A stretch of DNA of 64,000 nt from Longimicrobiales bacterium. Lineage in GTDB: Bacteria; Gemmatimonadota; Gemmatimonadetes; Longimicrobiales; Gaopeijiaceae. Made by a program: the position numbers and the translations under genes. Below, piece after piece: positions 29,581 through 40,050 of the stretch. The notes under the pieces are model-generated. The model made no database searches and was not told where the DNA came from. It worked only from the letters and a program-made list of their open reading frames with translations. The stretch covers positions 1,088,001 to 1,152,000 of the forward strand of contig CBDCNQ010000005.1 of assembly GCA_965219445.1 (NCBI GenBank), given 5' to 3'. Each line of letters starts with the position of its first letter. Within the stretch, counting starts at the first letter, position 1.

Positions 29581-29620
29581 AGACCTCGACGCTGAAGGAG
29601 TGCGGCGAGGTTTTAAATTT
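29581..29620 (+). terminator. Intrinsic terminator-like hairpin after the aptamer
   Basis: ACCTCGACGC / GCGGCGAGGT stem (one mismatch) followed by TTTAAATTT. Confidence 0.55.
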
Positions 29621-29667
29621 CGGATCTCCCCTCCCCATCTGCCTCCGAGAGGCGAGATACGAGATCA

Positions 29668-32600
29668 ATGGGCAAGTCCACTCCCAATGGCGGCCGCACC
29701 GAAGCTCTCCAGGCGGCTCTAGCGAGGCGTGTCCTCGTTCTGGACGGTGCGATGGGCACGATGATCCAGAGCTATGGGCTGGCCGAGGACGATTTCCGCG
29801 GTGAGGACTACCGCGATCAACCGGACGCTCTCTTTGGCGCCAACGATCTGTTGTCCGTCACGCAGCCGGACATCATTTACGAGATCCACCGGGCTTATCT
29901 CGAGGCCGGCTCGGACATCATCGAGACGAACACGTTCAACGCACAGGCGATCTCACTCTCCGACTATGGACTCGAGGCGGAAGCGTATCGGCTGAACGTG
30001 GCTGCGGCCGCGTTGGCCCGACGGGCGGCGGATGAGATGACCGCTCGAACCGCCGACAAGCCTCGTTTCGTGTGCGGCAGCATCGGCCCAACCAACCGTA
30101 CCGCATCCATCTCTCCGAACGTGGAGGACCCCGCGTTCCGGAACGTCAACTTCGACGCGCTGGTGCAGGCATACACGGATCAGGCCCGTGGGCTCATGGA
30201 CGGAGGGGCCGACATCCTGATGGTCGAGACGATCTTCGACACCCTCAACGCAAAGGCCGCTACCTTCGCGATCCTCGGGCTTTTCGAGGCGACGGGTGCA
30301 TCCCTTCCAGTGATGATCTCGGGAACGATCACGGATGCCAGCGGACGCACACTGAGCGGGCAGACGACCGAGGCTTTCTACAACTCCATCCGGCACGCCC
30401 AACCATTCTCGGTGGGGCTGAACTGTGCCCTGGGGGCGGAGCAACTTCGACCCTACCTGGAGGAGCTGTCCCAGATCGCTGACGTGCCGGTGAGTTGTCA
30501 CCCGAACGCCGGACTTCCGAACGCCTTCGGGGAGTATGACGAAACGCCGAACATCACGTCGGGCATCATCCGGGAGTTCGCCGACGCTGGATTCGTCAAC
30601 ATCGCGGGCGGCTGTTGCGGCACCAAACCTGCCCACGTCGAGGCGATCGCTGACGCGGTCGCGGACATTCGACCCCGAACCATTCCCAAGCACGAGCCCC
30701 GGTGCCGACTGAGCGGACTCGAAGCCCTCACGATCGGTCCGGAATCGCTGTTCGCGGATATCGGAGAGCGCACGAACGTCACAGGCTCGAAGCGTTTCCG
30801 AGACCTCATCACCGACGGCGACTATGAGGCCGCTGTCGAGGTGGCCCGACAGCAAGTGGCGAGCGGTGCGCAGATGCTCGACATCAACATGGACGAGGGT
30901 CTGCTCGATTCGGTCGAGGCCATGACCACGTTCCTGAATCTGCTCGGCTCGGAACCGTCCGTGAGCCGAATCCCTTTCGTGGTGGATTCGTCGCGCTGGG
31001 ACGTTATCGAAGCCGGGCTCAAGTGCGTGCAGGGCAAGAGCATCGTGAACTCGATCAGCCTCAAGGACGGAGAGGCGGCATTCGTCGAAAAGGCTCGCCT
31101 CGCAAGGCGGTACGGAGCCGCTGTGATCGTCATGGCGTTCGACGAGGAAGGCCAAGCGGACACGGTTGAACGCAAGGTCGCTATATGTGAACGCGCGGGC
31201 CAGGCGCTTGACGAACAGGTGGGCTTCCCGCCAGAGGACGTGATCTTCGACCCCAATATTTTCGCGGTGGGCACCGGGATCGAAGAACACAATGAGTACG
31301 CCATCGCCTTCATCGAAGCCACTCGGCAAATCAAGGAGCGTATTCCGCACGTCCACGTGAGCGGAGGGCTGAGCAACGTTTCATTCGCGTTCCGTGGGAG
31401 CCCACGGGTGCGCGAGGCAATGCACACGGCGTTCCTCTACCACGCCATCCAGGCGGGCTTGGACATGGCGATCGTCAACGCTGGAGCGCTCCCGGTATAC
31501 GACGACGTGCCCACGGAGCTCCTTGATGCGGTCGAGGACGTGCTCTTCAACCGGCGCCCCGACGCCACCGAGCGCGTAACGGCACTCGCCGAGCGGTACG
31601 CCGGAGCGACGCAAGAGCAGGTCGTGATCGACCAGAAGTGGCGATCCGATCCGGTGGAAGATCGTCTTCGATACGCGCTCGTGCACGGGATCACAGAGCA
31701 CATCCAGGACGATACGGAAGAGGCGAGGGGCCAAAGGGCTCGGGCTCTTGACGTGATCGAGGGCCCCCTCATGGACGGCATGAATGAGGTCGGAGATCTG
31801 TTCGGTTCCGGAAAGATGTTCTTACCACAGGTGGTGAAAAGCGCCCGGGTCATGAAGGAGGCCGTGGCCTATCTGGAGCCGTTCCTGGAGGCGGAGAAGG
31901 CCGAAGACGGGCAGCGCGAGACGTCCGGTAGACGCGTACTCATGGCCACCGTGAAGGGCGACGTGCATGACATCGGCAAGAACATCGTGTCCGTGGTGCT
32001 CCAGTGTAACGGCTACGAGGTCGTGGACCTCGGTGTGATGGTCCCCGCCGAGACGATCCTTCGAGAGGCCCGAGACCGCCAGGTGGATGTAATCGGCTTG
32101 AGCGGGCTCATTACGCCGTCTCTCGACCAGATGGTGCATGTGGCCGCCGAGATGGAGCGTCTGGACTTCGATCTGCCTCTCCTCATCGGTGGGGCTACCA
32201 CGTCCCGTAGGCACACGGCCGTCCGAATCGACGGGAGGTACAGGGGCCTGACGGTTCATGTCGTGGACGCCGCGCGCTGCGTGCCGGTCCTCCAAGCCGT
32301 GCTGGATGACACAAAGCGGGAGGCGTTCATCAGGCAGATTGGTGAGGAATACGCCCGGGAGCGGGACGCCCACGCGACTCGAGCGGCCAAGTCCAAGCTG
32401 ATTTCCATCGAAGCGGCTCGGAAGAACCAGGTATCCTTGGACTGGAGTACGTTCGAGCCCGTGGTTCCCAACGAGCCCGGCATTCATGTCTTCGACGACT
32501 ATCCACTCGACGAGCTCGTGGACTACATCGACTGGAGCCCATTCTTCCAGACCTGGGAGCTCAAGGGCCGATATCCCGAGATCCTCGACGACCCGGCTGT

Positions 32601-33384
32601 GGGAGAGCAGGCCGGTACTCTGTACGCCGACGCACATACAATGCTCGAGCGCATTGTTTCAGAGAGCTTGCTGAACGCACGCGGCGTGGTCGGCCTCTTT
32701 CGGGCCCACAGAGTAGGAGACGATATCGAGGTACTCGCCGGCGACGGGGAGTGGTGCACGGTCCACGGTCTTCGCCAGCAGTTCGAAAAGAAGGAGGGCC
32801 GACCCAACGCTTGCTTGTCGGACTTCGTGGCGCCGAAGGAGTCGGGCCTCACTGACTACATCGGCGCGTTCGTGGCGACCGCCGGACTCGGCCTGGACCA
32901 GCTGTGCGCCTCGCTCGAAGAGAACCACGACGACTACGGCAGCATCATGGCCAAGTCGCTAGCCGACCGCCTAGCGGAGGCGTTCGCGGAGCGGTTGCAC
33001 GAGCGCGTCCGGCGGGAGCTCTGGGGCCACGAGTTGGGCGAGGCTCAGTCCAAAGCCGACCTGATCTCCGAGGGCTACCTCGGAATCCGGCCAGCGCCGG
33101 GATACCCCGCCTGTCCGGACCACACAGAGAAGGGGACGCTGTTCGCACTCCTGGACGCGGAGCACCACTCCGGTGTCAGCCTCACGGAGAGTTTCGCCAT
33201 GCTGCCCGGAGCCTCAGTGTCCGGCTGGTACTTCGCTCATCCGCAAGCGCACTATTTCGGCCTGGGCCGGATCGGAAGGGATCAAGTAGTCGATTACGCC
33301 GAGCGGAAAGGAATGTCGATGGCAGAGGCCCAGCGCTGGCTCCAGACCCACCTTGGATACGAGCCAGAGGAGGAGACCCCGTGA
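29668..33384 (+). CDS. metH: Cobalamin-dependent methionine synthase
   Basis: [31 protein letters not shown] cobalamin motif, [12 protein letters not shown] reactivation domain; 1238 aa. Confidence 0.97.
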   Translation: MGKSTPNGGRTEALQAALARRVLVLDGAMGTMIQSYGLAEDDFRGEDYRDQPDALFGANDLLSVTQPDIIYEIHRAYLEAGSDIIETNTFNAQAISLSDYGLEAEAYRLNVAAAALARRAADEMTARTADKPRFVCGSIGPTNRTASISPNVEDPAFRNVNFDALVQAYTDQARGLMDGGADILMVETIFDTLNAKAATFAILGLFEATGASLPVMISGTITDASGRTLSGQTTEAFYNSIRHAQPFSVGLNCALGAEQLRPYLEELSQIADVPVSCHPNAGLPNAFGEYDETPNITSGIIREFADAGFVNIAGGCCGTKPAHVEAIADAVADIRPRTIPKHEPRCRLSGLEALTIGPESLFADIGERTNVTGSKRFRDLITDGDYEAAVEVARQQVASGAQMLDINMDEGLLDSVEAMTTFLNLLGSEPSVSRIPFVVDSSRWDVIEAGLKCVQGKSIVNSISLKDGEAAFVEKARLARRYGAAVIVMAFDEEGQADTVERKVAICERAGQALDEQVGFPPEDVIFDPNIFAVGTGIEEHNEYAIAFIEATRQIKERIPHVHVSGGLSNVSFAFRGSPRVREAMHTAFLYHAIQAGLDMAIVNAGALPVYDDVPTELLDAVEDVLFNRRPDATERVTALAERYAGATQEQVVIDQKWRSDPVEDRLRYALVHGITEHIQDDTEEARGQRARALDVIEGPLMDGMNEVGDLFGSGKMFLPQVVKSARVMKEAVAYLEPFLEAEKAEDGQRETSGRRVLMATVKGDVHDIGKNIVSVVLQCNGYEVVDLGVMVPAETILREARDRQVDVIGLSGLITPSLDQMVHVAAEMERLDFDLPLLIGGATTSRRHTAVRIDGRYRGLTVHVVDAARCVPVLQAVLDDTKREAFIRQIGEEYARERDAHATRAAKSKLISIEAARKNQVSLDWSTFEPVVPNEPGIHVFDDYPLDELVDYIDWSPFFQTWELKGRYPEILDDPAVGEQAGTLYADAHTMLERIVSESLLNARGVVGLFRAHRVGDDIEVLAGDGEWCTVHGLRQQFEKKEGRPNACLSDFVAPKESGLTDYIGAFVATAGLGLDQLCASLEENHDDYGSIMAKSLADRLAEAFAERLHERVRRELWGHELGEAQSKADLISEGYLGIRPAPGYPACPDHTEKGTLFALLDAEHHSGVSLTESFAMLPGASVSGWYFAHPQAHYFGLGRIGRDQVVDYAERKGMSMAEAQRWLQTHLGYEPEEETP

Positions 33385-35288
33385 GCACGCGAGAAGCGAA
33401 GGGGACCCACGAGAAGGAGGTACGCGCTCGAGCCGAGGGCGCCTTGAGGGAACTTATTGATGACGGGCAGGTCCACGTTATGGACGGAGCTATGGGGACC
33501 GAGCTCTACGCCAGCGGGGTCTTCGTCAACGTCTCGTACGACGGGCTCAACCTCGAAACGCCAGACATCGTAGAGAGCGTCCACCGGAACTATGTGAACG
33601 CCGGCGCCGAAGTCATCGAGACGAATACGTTCGGCGCCAATCCGGTCAAGCTCTCCAGTTACGGCCTCGCCGATCGAACCGAGGAAATCAACTGCTCGGC
33701 GGCGGAGTTAGCTCGCAGGTCAGCTCAGGGTAAGGCCTTGGTGGTCGGGGCCATCGGGCCGCTGGGGATCCGCATCGAGCCACTCGGACCCACCTCTCGG
33801 GAAGAGGCCCAGGCTTTCTATGGCAGGCAGGTCGATGGGCTCATGGAGGGCGGAGTGGACGGCTTCGTCCTCGAAACCTTCAGCGACCTCAATGAGATGG
33901 AGCAAGCGTTCAAGTCCGTCCGGACCCGATCGCCCTTCCCGATCATTTGCCAGGTTACCGTGGGGGAGGACTGCTGCACCCCGTATGGGACGTCTCCGGA
34001 GGACGTCGCGGCAGAAGTCACGACGTGGGGCGCAGACGTGATCGGGCTCAATTGCTCGGTCGGGCCTGCCGTCATGCTCGACGCCGTGGAGCGAATGGCG
34101 GCGGTCACCGATCTACCCCTTTCGGCCCAGCCCAACGCTGGACTGCCTCGAGCCGTAGGTGATCGCAAGATCTACCTTGCCAGCCCCGAGTACATGGCGA
34201 AGTACGCCCGTCGCATGATTGAGGCTGGCGCCCGCTTCGTGGGCGGTTGCTGCGGCACGAGCCCGGAGCACATCCGAAGCATCCGAGCACTGGTGAGGGG
34301 GGTGCAACCTCCCTCCACGCGAGTCCGCCCGGGATCACACACTGAGCCGCACGACACGCACGTTCAGCCGGACGTGCCGCTCGGTGAGCGCTCCGAGTGG
34401 GGACGCAAGGTCGCGGACGGTGCCTTCGTCACGAGTGTCGAGATCACGCCTCCCGAAGGCTGGGACATCGAGGTGCTATTGGAGCAGTGCCGTCGTATCC
34501 AGGCCGCCGGAGCCGATACAGTGAACATCCTCGATCACCCGCACGCCCATGCTCGGATGAGCGCTTTGCCGGCCGCCATGATCATCGAACGGGGGGTGGG
34601 CATCGAGACGATCGTCCACTATCCGTGCCGCGACCGTAACATGACACGGATGATCAGCGACCTGCTCGGGGCCGCCGCCGCTGGACTACACAATCTTCTC
34701 CTGGTAACGGGGCGTCCGCCCGCGACGGGCCCCTACCCCGACTCGACGGCCTCCCTGGACATCGACTCGATCGGACTCACGAACGTGGTCCACGGCCTGA
34801 ATCGGGGCGTCGATCCCGGGGGGAACGCGATCGGAGTACCCACGCGCTTCGTCATCGGGACAAGGGTGAGTCAGGTTGCCGTGGACCAGGACCACGAAGC
34901 AGGACGGCTGAAGTGGAAGGTCGACGCCGGCACCGACTTCGTGATCACCCAGCCGGTGTTCGACCCCGGACGGCTCCATGCCTTCCTGCAGCGACCGCCC
35001 AAAGCGTCCGTACCCATCGTTGCGAGTCTTCGCCCGCTCACCTCCCTCCGTGAAGCCGAGTTCCTACACAATGAAGTCCCGGGCGTCTTCATCCCCGACG
35101 AAATCATGAAGCGTATGGCTGACGCGCAGGGTGAAGGCGAAGAAGCCGCCAGGACCGAGGGAGTGAGGATCGCCCTCGAAGTGTTCGAGTCCATCCGAGA
35201 CCCGATTGCGGGCGTCCACATCCATGTTCCTGAGGGAAATCTCGACGGAGCACTGGAGGTTCTCTCGGGGGTAATCGACTCGCTCTAG
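33381..35288 (+). CDS. yitJ: Bifunctional homocysteine S-methyltransferase / methylenetetrahydrofolate reductase (YitJ-like)
   Basis: [20 protein letters not shown] then VEITPP, CRDRN, KVDAG, ITQPVFD; GTG start at 33381 behind AGGAG, overlapping the metH stop. Confidence 0.9.
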   Translation: MSTREAKGTHEKEVRARAEGALRELIDDGQVHVMDGAMGTELYASGVFVNVSYDGLNLETPDIVESVHRNYVNAGAEVIETNTFGANPVKLSSYGLADRTEEINCSAAELARRSAQGKALVVGAIGPLGIRIEPLGPTSREEAQAFYGRQVDGLMEGGVDGFVLETFSDLNEMEQAFKSVRTRSPFPIICQVTVGEDCCTPYGTSPEDVAAEVTTWGADVIGLNCSVGPAVMLDAVERMAAVTDLPLSAQPNAGLPRAVGDRKIYLASPEYMAKYARRMIEAGARFVGGCCGTSPEHIRSIRALVRGVQPPSTRVRPGSHTEPHDTHVQPDVPLGERSEWGRKVADGAFVTSVEITPPEGWDIEVLLEQCRRIQAAGADTVNILDHPHAHARMSALPAAMIIERGVGIETIVHYPCRDRNMTRMISDLLGAAAAGLHNLLLVTGRPPATGPYPDSTASLDIDSIGLTNVVHGLNRGVDPGGNAIGVPTRFVIGTRVSQVAVDQDHEAGRLKWKVDAGTDFVITQPVFDPGRLHAFLQRPPKASVPIVASLRPLTSLREAEFLHNEVPGVFIPDEIMKRMADAQGEGEEAARTEGVRIALEVFESIRDPIAGVHIHVPEGNLDGALEVLSGVIDSL

Positions 35289-36157
35289 GAAGGCGAGGTA
35301 TCCGCTCCGATCGGGGGTCGGACGGTCACTTTGGCGAGCCTGTCCTGCACCCGCCGGTGGCCCAGGTTGCTGATGTACACCTTTTCCGCCCCGGCGGCCC
35401 GCAAGGCATCAAGGGTTTTTCCGAGCACCTCTTCGGGCGTGGCGCCCGCCTCGAATTCGCGGGCCAACTCCTCGTGGGGAACCGGGAAGAACTCCCCCAA
35501 TTGCGCGAGCGTACCCGGATTGGCACTCCAATAATAGAAGACGCCGAATATTCCCGGAACATCCACTCCCCGGCGATCACACTCTTCGAGGAACGCCTCG
35601 ACCCGATCCGCACTGTAGTGTGACACTACCTGCGTGAGGTAGAAGTCGGCCGAGAAATCGTCCGAGCCGACGTACTCGACTTGTTTTCGCACGTCACGAT
35701 GTGGGTTCGCCCAGCCGCCCAGCGATAATGCAGGTTGCCGCTCCCGGATCCGCTGCCTGAGCGTGTAGGAGTGTGGGACACAGCGTGGCGGGCCCACCGA
35801 GGTGTCTCCACCCACCACCGTGAGCGCCTCGAACCCCAGGGACTGTGCACGATCCCCGTACATGAGGCAGTACTCGAGCGTGTGCTTGCACGTGAGGAAG
35901 GGAACGAGTCGCGGGAGCGGCACATCAGAACCGACGTTGGCCGCAAGGTGTCCGAGGTTCTCCTCCTCCCTTGATCCGACCGCATCGTCCGTCAGGAAGA
36001 CAAAGATGTCGTTGAGCGCAAGACTCCGGATGGAGTGGTTGCGGTCGATCCAGGCATCCATCCCCTCCGCAGCCGAAAGCCCACTCCGTGGGGGCCGAAG
36101 CTCGACGGTGATGAGCGGCCCCGGACGCCGCAGCCGGTCCACTAGGCCCGTGCTCAC
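35285..36157 (-). CDS. MTHFR-like flavoprotein
   Basis: VELRPP, LTD, LTCK, VGGD, GGWANP, YLTQ motifs parallel MetF. Confidence 0.7.
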   Translation of the reverse strand: MSTGLVDRLRRPGPLITVELRPPRSGLSAAEGMDAWIDRNHSIRSLALNDIFVFLTDDAVGSREEENLGHLAANVGSDVPLPRLVPFLTCKHTLEYCLMYGDRAQSLGFEALTVVGGDTSVGPPRCVPHSYTLRQRIRERQPALSLGGWANPHRDVRKQVEYVGSDDFSADFYLTQVVSHYSADRVEAFLEECDRRGVDVPGIFGVFYYWSANPGTLAQLGEFFPVPHEELAREFEAGATPEEVLGKTLDALRAAGAEKVYISNLGHRRVQDRLAKVTVRPPIGADTSPS

Positions 36158-37548
36158 CCCTGCCCTCCCACAAGACGCTCGATCTCGTCGACGGACACCG
36201 GCAAACCGGCTGTCAGCACCTCGTGGCCCTCGGCGGTCACGACCACGTCGTCTTCGATCCTGATCCCGATGCCCACATACTCCTCGGCGACCCCAGCCCT
36301 CTCGAACGGGCCTGCAAAGTACAGACCAGGCTCCACGGTCAAAACCATTCCCGGCTCCAGCACTCGGGACTCACCGGAGGAGGCGTAGTCACCGACGTCG
36401 TGCACGTCGAGTCCGAGCCAATGCGACGTCTGGTGGGGAAAGTACGGCTTGTAGGCTTCGCTTTCGATCACGCACGCTTTGTCCCCCTCGAGAACGCCGA
36501 GGGCGATGAGCCCCTCGACGAGCACGTCTCTCGCCGCCTGATGGATGGACTCGACACTCACCCCGGGCCGAACACATTCGACGGCCCGATCATGCGCCTC
36601 CAGCACCAGATCATAGACGGCCCGCTGGAGGGCCGTAAAGGATCCCGACGCAGGGAATGTACGCGTGACGTCGGACCCGTAGAGGTCCACCTCCGCACCG
36701 GCATCCACCAGGATCAAGTCCCCGTCACGCGCCACATGGTCATTGTCTCTATAGTGCAGCACGCACGCGTTCGCGGCCGAGGCCACAATCGTGGGATAGG
36801 CGGGCCCGCTGGCCCCCTTTTGTCGAAAAGATCCGTTGAGAATCCCCTCGAGCTCCCACTCTCCGACGCCTGGCCGCACCGCCCCAAGCATCTCGGTGAA
36901 TGCCTCCACCGTGATCGTCGCAGCCCGCCTCATGCGTTCCAACTCTTCCGAGTTCTTTATGAGCCGCATGGGATCGAGCAACCGCCCCGGATCGATGATC
37001 GCATGCGGACCGACGCCCTTCCTGGCACCTCGCAGGCGAGCCGTCTGGAGCGCGCCCATGACCAGGCCTTGTACGGGCGACTCGGTTCCGAGGCGGAAAT
37101 ACAATTCGTCGGCCTCGGCGAGCAGTTTGGGAAGATGCTCAGTGAGCGCGTCGCTTCCATATGCCACATCGGCACCGAATATTTCGCGAGCCCGTTCCGG
37201 CCCAAGGCGCTCTCCACTCCAGCGCTCCTCCTCCAGATTCCGAGGCATTACGAAGAGTACGAAATCGCCGTCCTCACCACCGGGGCGAAGCACGGCTACA
37301 GCCTCGGGCTCCGTCACGCCGGTGAGATAGAAAAGGTCGCTATTCGCCCGGTATCTGCCGCCGGAGGCGTTGGCCGCGGATTGCAGCAACAACGCGGCGC
37401 CGCCCAGATCCGCAAGAACGCGCTTACGTCGCGCGGCGAAGATGTCGCGCGAAAAACCCAGTGTCGGATCAGGATCGTTCGTCACGCCTCGTCTCCACGG
37501 TGGGATTCGCCCCTCGGAGGGTACCGCCACCGTCGCAGCGGTCTCCAC
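36154..37548 (-). CDS. pepP: Xaa-Pro aminopeptidase P (M24B)
   Basis: LFYLTG, DAGAE, SDVTRTFP, HWLGLDVHD, TVEPG, GIRIEDD. Confidence 0.93.
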   Translation of the reverse strand: METAATVAVPSEGRIPPWRRGVTNDPDPTLGFSRDIFAARRKRVLADLGGAALLLQSAANASGGRYRANSDLFYLTGVTEPEAVAVLRPGGEDGDFVLFVMPRNLEEERWSGERLGPERAREIFGADVAYGSDALTEHLPKLLAEADELYFRLGTESPVQGLVMGALQTARLRGARKGVGPHAIIDPGRLLDPMRLIKNSEELERMRRAATITVEAFTEMLGAVRPGVGEWELEGILNGSFRQKGASGPAYPTIVASAANACVLHYRDNDHVARDGDLILVDAGAEVDLYGSDVTRTFPASGSFTALQRAVYDLVLEAHDRAVECVRPGVSVESIHQAARDVLVEGLIALGVLEGDKACVIESEAYKPYFPHQTSHWLGLDVHDVGDYASSGESRVLEPGMVLTVEPGLYFAGPFERAGVAEEYVGIGIRIEDDVVVTAEGHEVLTAGLPVSVDEIERLVGGQG

Positions 37549-37569
37549 CGAACCTGCGACGGTAACCGC

Positions 37570-39699
37570 CTATTCGCCGCCGTCGCTCACGGTGGGTGCT
37601 TGTTCGATCAGCCAGTGCTCGAACCAGCTACGAATTCGCTCCAGCCGGTCCACGAGGAGCCAAGGCTCTCCGGTGCGCGATAACCCGTGAGAAGACCTCG
37701 GGTACCGCACCAGCTCCACAGGCACATCCAAGCTCTTGAGAGCCATGAACCACTGCTCTCCCTCGCTAATGGGAGTTCGGTAGTCGTTCTCACTGTGTAT
37801 AATGAGCGTGGGAGCCGTGACATTTTCGACGTACGAGATTGGAGACAGACGACGGTAGACAGACCTGCGCTCCCAGGGCGCACCGAGGAACTCGTACTCG
37901 GTCAAAGGTTGAACGTCAGAGGATCCCCACCAACTCTCCCAGTTGACGATGGAGCGGGAGGTGACGGCCGCCTGAAAACGGTCGGTCGTGGCGGTCAACC
38001 AATTGGTCATGAAGCCGCCGTAGCTTCCCCCGGAGACACCCACACGGGTGGTGTCGGCCTCCGGGTATCGGGCCAAGGCAGCATCCACGCCGGTCAGAAA
38101 ATCTTCGCTGTCCATAACGCCCCACTGCCCGCGGGTCGCGTACATGAAGTCATGACCGTAGCCGCTAGACCCCCGCGGATTGGCGTAGAGTACGAAGAAG
38201 CCGGCCGCCGACAGCACATGGAAGGTCGGGAAAAACGTATTGCCATAAGCACCGTGCGGCCCACCATGAATCTTCAGAATCAGCGGGTACCTGCGGCCCG
38301 CCGTGTAGCCCACAGGTCTGATGACCCAACCCTAGACCTCGACGCTGTCACCGACCATCCACGTCAGCCGCTCCGGGCTTTCCAGGGAGACACGGTCCAG
38401 CAAACTCTCATTGAACTCGGTGGCGCGTCGCTCGGCCGTCCCGTCGCCTCGCGCTACGAACAGCTCCGTCGGGGACACTGCATCGTCGGCTGCGTAGGCC
38501 ATGATATGGCCACGGTCGGTTAGCGAGACACTGGTGAGCCGTCGTTCACCCTGGGTCACCTGAACGACCGGCCCGCCCGCGGCCGGGACCCGGAAGAGAT
38601 GACGATTCCCACGAATCGCAGCGGAGAACAGAATCGCGGTTCCGTCCGCTGACCATTGGGGGGCGCCGGGCACGAGGTCCCAGCCCTCCGTGAGATTCAC
38701 AGGCTCCGTCGTGAAGCGCCCATCACCACCCACGTCCACGACCATCAGATCCTGCTCCGCTCCACGCTCCGCCGTGAATAAAAACGCCAGCCGCGTACCG
38801 TCGGGCGAGGGGGATGGCGAAGTCTCCGAGCCCGGGCTCGGCGTGACGTCCGTCACGGAGCCATCGGCCAGGCGCACCGCCCAGATGTCCCGGGTGAGCA
38901 CGTCGCTGGACTCGTCGTCCTCTTTCTCGTCACCGGAGAAGTAGATGGTACGCCCATCGGACGACCAGCGTACGTCGGACTTGTCGAACGGAAGTGCCGT
39001 CAGCCTTCTTGGAACGCCTCCCTCGGCAGATACCAGGTAGAGGTCAAGGGATTCGTTCACGGAGAAGTGCGGGCGCAGCGTGATCGTACCGTCTGTCTTG
39101 TACCGTGTCGACGTTACGACACGCCCATCGAAACGATCCGGGTCGAGCGTGTTCGAAAGAGCATCCGGAGCAATCCAGCCCTCGCGCTCGGCCGACTCCG
39201 ACTCCGTCTCCGTCTCCTCGGCGAGGGCGAGGTACGCGATCCATTCGCCATCCGCTGACCAGACCGGAGCCCCCCGGACTCCCTCGATATGGAAGGCCTC
39301 TCCGCCGGGGCCCGAGACACGGACGAACCATGTGGAGTTCTCGTCGTCCCCGCGCTCGGAGGTGAACGAAAGAAGCGATCCGTCCGGCGACCACCTGGGA
39401 GCATACGAGTCCCCCGTCGGAGCGGTGAATCGATAGGGGTCATCCGCTGGCCGCCCATTCTCGAGGGCCTGAATCCAGATTTCCCGCCGGCGGAGATTCT
39501 CCTCTTCAAGAGTCCGTGTCACCGTAAACGCGACGAGGTCGCCCTCGGGAGAGACCGCAACGTCACCCACTCTGACCAGATCATAGTAGTCGGCTGGCTG
39601 GAATCCACGCTGCTGGGCCGAGATGGGTCCGGGCATGGCTGCCAACAGCATCCACCCCGTGCCCAATAGTCCGAGCGTTCTCGCCGATGTAGCCTTCAC
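37570..39699 (-). pseudogene. S9 family acylaminoacyl/dipeptidyl peptidase interrupted by an in-frame TAG
   Basis: Signal peptide, PD40 propeller, then ...DSVEV*GWVIRPVGY... continuing in the same frame into HGGPH, GGSYGG, D and H catalytic motifs; stop at 38332-38334. Confidence 0.85.
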
Positions 39700-40050
39700 A
39701 CTCGTCTCCGTGTCACAACACTTGGCGCCCGCCGCACCTGAACCGACCGATACCCGTGCAAAGGTATGGGGGATAGGAACTTGCCTCAAGGCGGAGGCCT
39801 CTGGGGAACCGATTATCCCATGCACGCCAGTTGCAAGGTCGATGCCAGAGTGGCCTGTCGCTGCACCGGCCAAGGCGTTCGCACATGCCTGTTCTTACAC
39901 GCCGTGCGGACGTTGTTCCTGGTTACCCCGGGGCTCGCCGGGGCAAATTCAGCTCTCCCTCTGGTCCTTTCGACCCTGTGGAAGTAGTGTGTGAGCTTCT
40001 TTCGGATGGTGGGAAAGGCCTAGAACACAAGGGATGAGAGGAAGATTTCG

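Noticed and set aside
38332..38334. Pyrrolysine or genome-wide TAG recoding
   Set aside because: No pyl genes in the window and TAG terminates many intact genes such as pilC and priA.
39820..39835. ATGCACGCCAGTTGCA as a sigma54 promoter for the TonB receptor
   Set aside because: Has TG instead of the invariant GG at -25/-24.
39700..40050. Cobalamin riboswitch ahead of the TonB receptor, expected given nearby metH
   Set aside because: No B12 box or conserved GGGAA/CGGTG core found.
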